Part shown: piece after piece, positions 44,820 to 53,200 of the stretch
Position numbering within the stretch: the stretch's first letter is position 1
Layout of the letters: the number at the start of each line of letters is the position of its first letter
Assembly (NCBI GenBank): GCA_052034685.1
Contig: JBPOIH010000011.1
Location: forward strand, 17,910 to 81,909
DNA length: 64,000 nt
Reading direction: 5' to 3'
From: Patescibacteria group bacterium
GTDB lineage: Bacteria > Patescibacteriota > Saccharimonadia > Saccharimonadales > CAYUUR01
Position numbers and translations under genes: made by a program
Notes under the pieces: generated by a model
Seen by the model: the letters and a program-made list of their open reading frames with translations, nothing else
Database searches by the model: none
What the model was told of the DNA's origin: nothing

Positions 44820-46784
44820 CTAACTGCGTAAGACTGCCAGAGCTCTCAAAGCTATTCCGTCGGCATCTAACCCTGTAAATTTTTCTAATTCTGGGATCGT
44901 CCCAGTTGTGCCGCGTGTAAAACCATGACCCTCGAGCAATCCGAACCTAAGCTCTGATTGACCACATAACGCACTAGCAACCTGGGACCTTAGTATTTCT
45001 GGGTTCCCATTGTATACAGCAAGTATTGGGTGTTCGGGTACAAGTTGATTTACGAATCTTGTGTCGAGAGTCTTAGGGGAGACCACGCTGACCACACGAG
45101 CACCAACCTTATTATCCCTTTCAAGTCGCTTAGAGGCGTTAATCGCTCCGTCAACCGTCATGCCACTACTCACCATAGTTATTACCGGATCGACATCTGG
45201 CTCGAACGCAACATAGCTTTCAAAGTTGTCCTGGTCTCCATATGGTCGGTCGATTAGAGGAATATTTTTCGGATGCAAACGCACGTAGGTCAAACCGTTA
45301 TTTGTCCCTAGGGCATGGTTAAAGATGTTATAGAGATCGCGGACATCTGCTGGCTCATAAAACTGAACTTCTGGAATGTGCATCAGCGCGCCTGGCTGGC
45401 TCATGGATTGGTGCGTCTTACCGTTCTGGGCTTGACTGATTCCAGCATACTCACCTGCGATCAGCATATTGCTTCCGCCCTGGGCGGCAGCATTAATCTG
45501 GTCTAAGGCCCGGTAGAGGAAAGCATCGCCGTAGTTGATGAATATCCGTGCATCAGGATTCTCCGTTGAAATTCCATGAGCCATCGCAATCGTGTGTTGT
45601 TCACGTATGCCCGTATCGAAGTAGTGTGCATACTCCCGGAATCTAGCTTGGTCGACGTAGTCTTTGCGTAAAAAATCAGGAGTAAGCACATAAAATGGTA
45701 ATTCAGGATGCCGCTCAAGAAATTCACTATAACTCTTGAAGTAGCTAAACTGCGCGTAATCCAAGTTGTTAGCATGTGATTCATCCAGTTCTATCTTGAG
45801 ATCTTCCGGTGTAGTCCGGGAATCCGAGAAATCTGATCTGTTTCGTTTGCGTGGCGAAGCAACAAGCTTCCTCGCTGTTGCCGCGACCGATTCTCCTCCG
45901 GCTGCACTAAGTTCTTCATTTAGGAGGTCAATACCGTCTTTTACTGTGCTAGGAGGACACACGCTCAAAGTATGGTAGCCGCTAAAATGTTCTTCAGCCC
46001 CAGCCAGCCCAATGCCTTTTGTCGTGTGAGCAATTACCATCGTGGGACGATCAATATGTTGTAGCTCATCATACATATCAAGTACTTGTGTTACGTCATT
46101 GGCATTTTCAATCTCTTTAACTTTCCAGCCGTAACCTTCCCATACTTTCCTGAGGTCTGTGTTCGAATCTACATCTTCAGTGCCCCCAGATAACTGTTTT
46201 GTATTTTGGTCGATAATACAAATGAGATTATCCAAAGGCTGGGAGGTAGCGAAGCGTGCCGCTTCGCTCACATTGCCTTCCTGCTCTTCTCCGTCTCCAA
46301 GAAAAACGATAACTCGTTCATCATTGTCACTTCGTTTTATTTCAGTTGCAGCACCTATACCGTACGAAAGAAGCATTCCTAGTGAGCCGCTTGGTGTTAT
46401 GTCAACACCAGGCGTGACGTGCATATCTTCATGGCCCTGCAATCGTGAACCATATCGCCTATATGTGCCAAGTTCGTCCCGGTCCAGATAGCCCATAAGA
46501 GCAAATATAGGATATCTGACTGGCCCCTCATGTCCTCTTATCAGCACCCTGTCCCTTCCTGGGTCCTTATCATCCTCAGGGTTGAAATGGAACTGGCCTC
46601 CAAAGTACAAGCATGTTAGTAGTTCCACGGATGATGAGGAGCCTCCGAGGTGGCCACTTTCTGCAGCCAGTACCATCTCAAAACCGTCTCGGCGAACATA
46701 GGACGAGATTTCTTGGAGCTGACCTACCAGCTGCTCTCTCTGCAAGGACGTATCAACATTGACTTCATGAATTTCAGCCGACAC
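44820..46784 (-). CDS. fused transketolase-like thiamine-diphosphate enzyme (N-terminal + C-terminal sections in one polypeptide)
   Basis: Contains ESGHLGGSSSSVELLTCLY and the ThDP motif GDGEEQEGNVSEAARFA...IIDQN. The Pyr-domain reads GIREQHTIAMAHG...RALDQI, followed by a C-terminal domain. The start was moved to GTG 46784, which is preceded by AGGAG. Confidence 0.8.
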   Translation of the reverse strand: MSAEIHEVNVDTSLQREQLVGQLQEISSYVRRDGFEMVLAAESGHLGGSSSSVELLTCLYFGGQFHFNPEDDKDPGRDRVLIRGHEGPVRYPIFALMGYLDRDELGTYRRYGSRLQGHEDMHVTPGVDITPSGSLGMLLSYGIGAATEIKRSDNDERVIVFLGDGEEQEGNVSEAARFATSQPLDNLICIIDQNTKQLSGGTEDVDSNTDLRKVWEGYGWKVKEIENANDVTQVLDMYDELQHIDRPTMVIAHTTKGIGLAGAEEHFSGYHTLSVCPPSTVKDGIDLLNEELSAAGGESVAATARKLVASPRKRNRSDFSDSRTTPEDLKIELDESHANNLDYAQFSYFKSYSEFLERHPELPFYVLTPDFLRKDYVDQARFREYAHYFDTGIREQHTIAMAHGISTENPDARIFINYGDAFLYRALDQINAAAQGGSNMLIAGEYAGISQAQNGKTHQSMSQPGALMHIPEVQFYEPADVRDLYNIFNHALGTNNGLTYVRLHPKNIPLIDRPYGDQDNFESYVAFEPDVDPVITMVSSGMTVDGAINASKRLERDNKVGARVVSVVSPKTLDTRFVNQLVPEHPILAVYNGNPEILRSQVASALCGQSELRFGLLEGHGFTRGTTGTIPELEKFTGLDADGIALRALAVLRS

Positions 46785-46804
46785 TATCTTCTCCTGTTTT
46801 GCCA

Positions 46805-46833
46805 AATCTACATGGAGCACTGATGTTTGTCAA
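46805..46833 (-). promoter_or_regulatory. sigma70-like promoter for the transketolase-like gene
   Basis: The minus strand reads TTGACA, 17 nt, TAGATT, followed by AGGAG and GTG. Confidence 0.45.
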
Positions 46834-46842
46834 GTAGTGGAG

Positions 46843-46851
46843 TGCTATAAT
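46843..46851 (+). promoter_or_regulatory. extended -10 element (TGcTATAAT) for the divergent flavoprotein gene
   Basis: GTGCTATAAT lies on the plus strand 14 nt upstream of ATG 46865. Confidence 0.4.
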
Positions 46852-46864
46852 GCTAGTTATATTT

Positions 46865-48382
46865 ATGAACAAAGATAACATGGATCCTGGACGCCAAGTA
46901 CTTGCGGATGTGAGTAAGGGTTCGGCGATTAACATCACTATTGTAGGATTTGGCGCGGCCGGGCTCGCCTTTTTCGTTCATTTGACTCAGATTCTTGTCA
47001 CTAAGTCGCACGCTAACAACGTCACTATCACAATAATCGATGATGGTAATTTAGCAAAAGGAGTGGCATATAGTGTTACATCTTCTGAAATGGTTCTAAA
47101 CTTTGACGCAAGGCTGATGAATGTCACTCATGACAAGCAACGTGATTTCATGCAATGGCGCCAAGAGAACTCGGGCAAGCATAAGCATCTTGACATAGAT
47201 CTTGATGATTTTTATCCGCCGCGTGGTGAGTTCGGCGCTTACCTGTATGATCGCTGGCAGCAATATCGCAGAATGGCTGAGTCTCATGGAATAACGGTTG
47301 ATCTGGTTACGGATACGGTGACAGACATCCAGCAGACTAATGATGCTTACCTCGTAACGACCTCAACGAAAAGGATTATTGCAAACCATGTCTTGCTTGC
47401 CCTCGGGTGCCAGCAAAAAGAAGCGTATCCATCGATGTTGAGTACCACGGGATATTACAGTGGATTTGATGACAATATTTCCATCAACAACGAAAAGGAT
47501 ATTGTGATTCTTGGTTCACGTCTAACTGCTATAGACGTCGTTCTTGATCTTAAACTACGACAGCGAGTTCCGAATCGGGTACATCTCGTTTCAGATAGCG
47601 GTGACCTGCCGATGGTTCTGTCAACATACAAGCCTTATGATTTAAAATACGCTACAAAGAGTACACTCCTTGCAGCAGCTAAAAGAGCCAACAGTGCAGG
47701 TGGGGATGTTTTCGTGAACACAATATTTCGCGAGCTAGAATTAATCAACCTAGACAACGTACTCGATCGCTCAAATGCTCAGGATGCCTCTGTCGACAGA
47801 TTTTACAAAGATGTTGCAGCTGTGAGGTCCGGCTCGACCATTAATTGGCAGATGGTTCTTATAAGCATATACCCTCACCTTCATGAAGCATGGGGAATGC
47901 TTGACGATAAGGTTAAGGACGACCTGTATCACAAATACCATCATGCATGGGTGAAGCATTTTGTTTCAATCCCGCTAAAGAACGCTGAGAAAATCGAAAA
48001 ACTCCTTAAAAGTGGTGAGGTTATGGTTCACAGTGGCATTAAAAGTTTAGAAGCAGAAGGCGCGGATGATTATTTTGTTTCAACAGATGGGAAAAAAATA
48101 CATGCTGGGTCGATTGTTAATGCCATAGGCTTAAATCATGATCTCACTCTTAACAGGTTACTGAAACGGATGTACGCTCGTGGTATCCTAAGTACAAGCT
48201 TTCTTGGAGATATCAGAATTGCTGTAAATGACTGCAGGATAGTATGTCAAAATCAAACAAAACATGAGATATACGCAATTGGTGAATATACTCACGGTTC
48301 ATGGCTGACGGTTAGTGATTTACAGCAAATATCAAAACAGGCTCTTCTGGCAGCAACATCTATTCTTGCTGGCACCGTATAA
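46865..48382 (+). CDS. FAD/NAD(P)-binding two-Rossmann-domain protein
   Basis: Contains ITIVGFGAAGLAF (GxGxxG) and a second dinucleotide fold, DIVILGSRLTAIDVVLDL. The start is uncertain (46850, 46865 or 46880). Confidence 0.7.
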   Translation: MNKDNMDPGRQVLADVSKGSAINITIVGFGAAGLAFFVHLTQILVTKSHANNVTITIIDDGNLAKGVAYSVTSSEMVLNFDARLMNVTHDKQRDFMQWRQENSGKHKHLDIDLDDFYPPRGEFGAYLYDRWQQYRRMAESHGITVDLVTDTVTDIQQTNDAYLVTTSTKRIIANHVLLALGCQQKEAYPSMLSTTGYYSGFDDNISINNEKDIVILGSRLTAIDVVLDLKLRQRVPNRVHLVSDSGDLPMVLSTYKPYDLKYATKSTLLAAAKRANSAGGDVFVNTIFRELELINLDNVLDRSNAQDASVDRFYKDVAAVRSGSTINWQMVLISIYPHLHEAWGMLDDKVKDDLYHKYHHAWVKHFVSIPLKNAEKIEKLLKSGEVMVHSGIKSLEAEGADDYFVSTDGKKIHAGSIVNAIGLNHDLTLNRLLKRMYARGILSTSFLGDIRIAVNDCRIVCQNQTKHEIYAIGEYTHGSWLTVSDLQQISKQALLAATSILAGTV

Positions 48383-48439
48383 GGTGTATTGTTCCAAATC
48401 GTGTTGACAGTTTTACAATAAAGTAGTATTTTCACTAAT

Positions 48440-48958
48440 ATGAATAAAGCACATATCACTTTAGAATCTAGCCAACAATCTCCAACTACCGAGGGTCTTC
48501 AAACGATCGATATATCTAAACAGCTTTATGGACGAGTCTCCCGCCAAGGATTAGCCGGGCAGCTTACTGCTCCAGATGAGACTCTGGCAAGATGGGCAGC
48601 ATTGCTAGATAAAAAAGTTGAATCCAAGGGGCCTGATTCATATATTGAACTTGCTAACGCAACGCGGTGGTCAGTAGGGCGGGTTGCACTCGCTGAGATT
48701 TCTCTCGATGAGGATAATTTACATGTCCACGGCATTCGTTATGAGGCATGTGACCTGGGAGATGTTTCTGTGTTGGGACTGGCACTCCTTACTGCTGACG
48801 CTGAAGTAATTACGTCCCCTCTTCTGGTAATTACATCTGGAGTGTATGAGAACCCGCTCGGTGTGCGTACTGCAGATTCTCCCTTGTTGAATCCTGATCT
48901 GCAACCTACAGGTCATTGGGTAGATCAAGTCGACACAATCATGTCGTCAGTTGCCTAG
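48440..48958 (+). CDS. hypothetical protein
   Basis: 172-aa ORF, the last gene of the islet. Confidence 0.5.
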   Translation: MNKAHITLESSQQSPTTEGLQTIDISKQLYGRVSRQGLAGQLTAPDETLARWAALLDKKVESKGPDSYIELANATRWSVGRVALAEISLDEDNLHVHGIRYEACDLGDVSVLGLALLTADAEVITSPLLVITSGVYENPLGVRTADSPLLNPDLQPTGHWVDQVDTIMSSVA

Positions 48959-49051
48959 AAGTTAGTAATCAATCTTTCAAGTAACTATATGTCAGTATTA
49001 CATCACTCGCGGTAGTTCGAAGTGCGTCCATTCGCCCCACCCAATATTAAA

Positions 49052-49080
49052 AACAGAGGAATACTGCCTCTGTTAATTTA
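49052..49080 (+). terminator. hairpin terminator
   Basis: AACAGAGG-aatactg-CCTCTGTT followed by an A/T-rich tail. Confidence 0.55.
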
Positions 49081-49090
49081 GTTCTAAACT

Positions 49091-49274
49091 TGGCTCCCGG
49101 GGTCGGATAATGCACGGCTGCAGCCATGCTCCCCGGCTTCCTTGCAGGAGGCCGGGTGTGCGTGGCTTGGTCGACCGAACCAACAACTTGCTTCAGCTGA
49201 AGCTGCTGCGTTGCCGATTCAAATCAAAGCCCAAGAGAATGAAAAAAGACCCTCACATGAGGATCTTTTTTCAT
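49091..49274 (-). repeat. tRNA-downstream element, Asn copy A (contains the tRNA-Asn terminator and the right direct repeat)
   Basis: It begins with TGGCTCCCGGGGTCGGA, a 17-nt copy of the tRNA-Asn 3' end at 49275-49291. The terminator is AGATCCTCA/TGAGGGTCT flanked by A6/T6. Confidence 0.8.
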
Positions 49275-49349
49275 TGGCTCCCGGGGTCGGATTCGAACCG
49301 ACAACCTCGAAGTTAACAGCTTCTTGCTCCACCATTGAGCTACCCGGGA
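49275..49349 (-). tRNA. tRNA-Asn (anticodon GUU)
   Basis: The minus strand reads TCCCGGGTAGCTCAATGGTGGAGCAAGAAGCTGTTAACTTCGAGGTTGTCGGTTCGAATCCGACCCCGGGAGCCA. It is 75 nt, the anticodon loop is CTGTTAA, and CCA is encoded. Confidence 0.9.
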
Positions 49350-49373
49350 ATATTTAGTTGTATTTGTAATGTA

Positions 49374-49432
49374 CTTCGGGCAGCTATGCTGGAGCATTTG
49401 CTCCACTACTATTATCTGAAGCTACCCGGGAA
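49374..49432 (-). repeat. tRNA-Asn 5'-end mimic with an expanded D-loop and a self-closing strand
   Basis: The minus strand reads TTCCCGGGTAGCT-tcagataatagtag-TGGAGCA-aa-TGCTCCA-gcat-AGCTGCCCGAAG. The first 13 nt equal the tRNA 5' end and the last 12 nt are largely complementary to it. Confidence 0.5.
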
Positions 49433-49548
49433 TAACGATCGACTGAAAAGAGCAATCCAAAACGAATACCAGCGCATTATACCGAAGATAATGTGTTGAA
49501 ACAAGCACGTTACAGTCGCTGACGCATCTTGGCATTTATAAGCAAGGA

Positions 49549-50136
49549 TTGCTATACTGCAGGGAACATGAGGCTCAAGTGATATACACACAGAAGATTA
49601 CACCGGAGAAGCTCGAGCAATACGTTGGCAAAAACAAGGCCCTGATTGAGGCGCTGGAATCCGTTGAGGAGTCAGTCTACGTCTTTGACGCTATAGCCAA
49701 CAAGCCCCTGTATGTTAACAGAAGCATTCTTGAGATACTGGGCTATTTGCCAGATCAGATTAAAGAGATGGGTACTAAGTGGTCAGAACTCGTTGTCCAC
49801 CCAGAAGATTACCCACACCTTTCTAATCACATACTCAATTATGCGAAACTATCACCCGGCGCTCGATCGCGCGTGGTCTATCGAGTCAAGGATGCCAAGG
49901 GTATATGGCATAGCGCAGAAAGCACAGGTCTTTTGCTTGAATCAAGTAGCGTAAGCCACAAACTAGTGCTTGGCACCACACGAATTATCCCTGAGACAGA
50001 TGACACACCGCCCAAAAATGGTCATGACCATCGTTGTGTGAACTGCGCAAAATTACTTGGCAAAGAAAATTATGAAAAATCATCGGTTGAGATTAAGTGT
50101 CATCGCTGTGGCGAGTTTAATACTTTATCGCTCTAA
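49549..50136 (+). CDS. PAS-domain protein with C-terminal Com-like zinc ribbon
   Basis: PAS-like region: VYVFDAIANKPLYVNRSILEILGY...VYRVKDAKGIWH. The C-terminus reads CVNCAKLLGKENYEKSSVEIKCHRCGEFN. The start codon is uncertain (TTG 49549). Confidence 0.6.
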   Translation: MLYCREHEAQVIYTQKITPEKLEQYVGKNKALIEALESVEESVYVFDAIANKPLYVNRSILEILGYLPDQIKEMGTKWSELVVHPEDYPHLSNHILNYAKLSPGARSRVVYRVKDAKGIWHSAESTGLLLESSSVSHKLVLGTTRIIPETDDTPPKNGHDHRCVNCAKLLGKENYEKSSVEIKCHRCGEFNTLSL

Positions 50137-50264
50137 GCCGTAGAAGAAAGTTAGAAACAACAGGAAAAGTGTTTCAAAAAAACAGCCGTAGCGCTATAAT
50201 CATAAGCTATAAGGTTTATTGTTTAGAAGGTCTAGAATCTCTTTAAGCCAGGAATAAAGGTTGT

Positions 50265-53200
50265 ATGAGGGTAAACAGTTCTTTCTATAGAGGGAGTATG
50301 AGGAGAATCCGAAGACTCGTTGCGCAAACGAGTCGGTTTATTGCGCGCTTTTTAGCTATAGTTGCGCTGTTTCTACATCGTCAAACAAAGAAGATCTATA
50401 AGTTTACGCACCACCATGTTGCCCAAAAACCTCATGAGAAAATGATGAACCGCCAGGGCAAGTACGCTTCGTGGCATTCATGGGAGCACCACCGGACCGT
50501 GCATTATGCAACCCTGACCGTATATGTGCTGATTGTTGGAGCTATGCTGTTCAGTAACTTTCGTAACGTGTTTGCGGCGTCGGATTTGTCGCAATCATGG
50601 AACTTCACGACCCCATCAAACTATACCTACGATGACACATCGGTCGAGACGAGTGGCACAAGTGCGCGGCATAAGGCACAGAATTATACGTCAGATGGTA
50701 GCACCTCTGCCCTCTTCCATCTTGACGAGTCAAGTGGCACTACTGCTGACGATGCTAGTTCGAACAACAATGATGCTACGACGCAAACCGCCGGCTGGAC
50801 GACGGGCAACTTGAATAATGCGCTTGATCTTAACGGTAGTGACGAGTTTGCCTCTGCGCCGGATAGCGCAAGTCTATCGATGACGGGACAGAATACACTT
50901 GAAGCCTGGACTAAGTTTGATAACACATTTAACACCAATGCCTCTCAAGATCAGGGTGTGATCGATAAGGGCGCGTATAAGATGTATTATGATCGGACCT
51001 CAGGACGGATCAATTATGAAATTGCCAATACAAGTGGTAACAGCTGGACTCGACAAGCTGGAAACGACGCAAATAATAGCTGGGATCTTGACGGGAAAAG
51101 CATCGTACGTGCAACAGTGACAAATGGCACAAATGTATATGCAGGGCTCGGTCTTGGTACGGGTGATGCCGAGGTGTGGAAGTGGACTGGTTCAGCCTGG
51201 AGTCAAATAGGTGGTGATGCCAAAAACGGTAGCTGGGCTGACCAGCAGTTTGAAGACGTGATGGCACTCACAACAAGTGGAACAACACTCTATGCTGGGC
51301 TCGGATCGAATGCAGCCGGTGATGCTGAGGTGTGGAGCTGTGACATGGCGACTAACTGTACGGACTGGACCAAGATTGGCGGTGACGCCGTCAATAGTAG
51401 CTGGGCGATCAGCACGTATGAAGCCGTCACAGCAATGACGGTAATGGGCGGTAATCTGTATGCGGGCTTGAGCTTATCGGCTCAAGACGCCGAAGTTTGG
51501 CGTTGGAATGGCGCTAGCTGGACGAAAGTTGGCGGTGATGGTGTGAGTAGTAGCTGGGCGGCCGCTCTCAATATAGAGGCTGTGCGCTCGCTCACAACTG
51601 ACGGAACGAACGTGTACGCTGGTTTGGGAGACAGTGCTCAAGACGCTGAAGTCTGGTCATACAATGGCACGACATGGACCAAGATCGGTGGTGATGGCGT
51701 GTCGAGTAGCTGGTCTGCCGCCAGTAACATAGAAGCCGTATACTCCCTTACCTACTTTGGTGGCAACCTGTACGCGGGTGTTGGTTTGACGGCTGGTGAC
51801 GCCGATGTCTGGCGCTGGAATGGTGCGACTTGGACACAGATCGGTGGTGACGCACTCAATAGCGGCTGGGCAGCGAGCACATATGAGGGCGTCTATGCCA
51901 TGGCAAATGACGGCACAAATCTCTACGCGGGTGTTGGAAATACTAACGGTGACGGTGAGGTCTTCCGCTGGAATGGTGCAACCTGGACCAAGATCGGTGG
52001 TGATGGTATAAACAGTGGTTTCTCGGCAAACCAAGGTGATGGTGTGTATGCTATGGCGTACGGCAATAGTACGCTGTATTCTGGTTTGTATGATGCGGCC
52101 GGCAATGGCACGCTTTGGGGCTGGAATGGTTCGTCCTGGACGTGGACAGGTGGTGGGTACGTTAATGCGAGTTGGGGATTCTATAACTTACAAAGCGTCG
52201 AAGCAACAACTACACACGAGGACAAGCTCTATGCGGGTACTGGCCTGACTGTTGCAGGTAACGCGATGGTCTGGGAATTTGATGGTACAAATTGGCAGGT
52301 CATTGGTGGCCAGGGCGTACGGGGGAGCTGGGCAGCCGACACGTTCGAGAATGTCTTTGCACTACAGAGCTATAACGGTGATCTATACGCGGGCATTGGA
52401 ACAACTGCCAATGACGCCGAAGTCTGGCGCTACGATGGTTCCACGTGGACAAAAGTGGGTGGTGATAGCCTTAATTCTGGTTGGACGACGAACTTTGAGG
52501 GTGTCTATTCCCTAACCATATATGGTGGCAATCTGTACGCTGGGCTTGGTGCATCGGCGCAGGATGCCGAAGTCTGGCGTTGGAACGGTTCAAGCTGGCT
52601 GAGAGTTGGTGGTGATGGCACGAACAGTAGCTGGTCTGTTGCCAGTAATATAGAGGTGGTTTATGCCATGACGGCCTATGACGGCAACCTGTACGCTGCG
52701 CTTGGTACTTCGACAAATGATTCAGATATTTGGCGTTATAACGGCTCGACTTGGACACAAGTTGGTGGTGATGGCCTAGGGAGTAGCTGGAATACAGCGT
52801 ACGAAGAGGCTTACATTATGAGAGTCTACAACAACAATCTTGTCGTTGGTCTTGGTAGTGGTACGGACGATGCCGAAGTGTGGTCATACAACGGCACGAC
52901 GTGGACTAAGATTGGCGGTGATGATGTCAACAATAGTTGGACGAACGGTACCTACGAGCGGGTTCGTGCGATGGCAGTATATAATGGCAAACTTTATGCT
53001 GGGGTTGGCGACACGGCTGGTGACGGTGAGGTGTGGGAATGGAACGGCTCGACCTGGACACAGATAGCTGGTGATAGTCTTAACTCTGGTTGGACGAACG
53101 TGATTGAATATGTCGGCACACTGATTGATTATAAGGGAAAACTCTACGCTGGTGTTGGTAACTCTGCTAACGCTGATGCGCAGATATGGAGTTATGGCAA

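Larger units (their letters stand above)
40768..49172 (-). mobile_element. ~8.4-kb islet between 108-bp direct repeats, carrying the YcaO/SagB cluster
   Basis: It is bounded by direct repeats at 40660-40767 and 49173-49280, with a short inverted motif at the inner edges (40775-40791 versus 49015-49030). It looks AT-richer than the flanks by eye (not computed). Confidence 0.55.
38230..49274 (-). mobile_element. composite genomic island on the 3' side of tRNA-Asn (tandem islets separated by tRNA-Asn 3'-end fragments); no integrase seen
   Basis: tRNA-Asn 3'-end-like strings TGGCTCCCGGG(GTCGGA) occur at 49275 (the gene), 49091 and 38230. Degenerate versions occur at 40589 (TGGCCCCCAGGGGTCGG) and 38823 (TTCCGGGGTCGGG). 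Confidence 0.5.

Noticed and set aside
38230-49349. A search for an integrase, transposase or recombinase in or near the island
   Set aside because: No ORF shows tyrosine-recombinase (R..H..R..Y), serine-recombinase or DDE-type motifs by eye. Their absence is noted, and a trans-acting enzyme elsewhere cannot be excluded.
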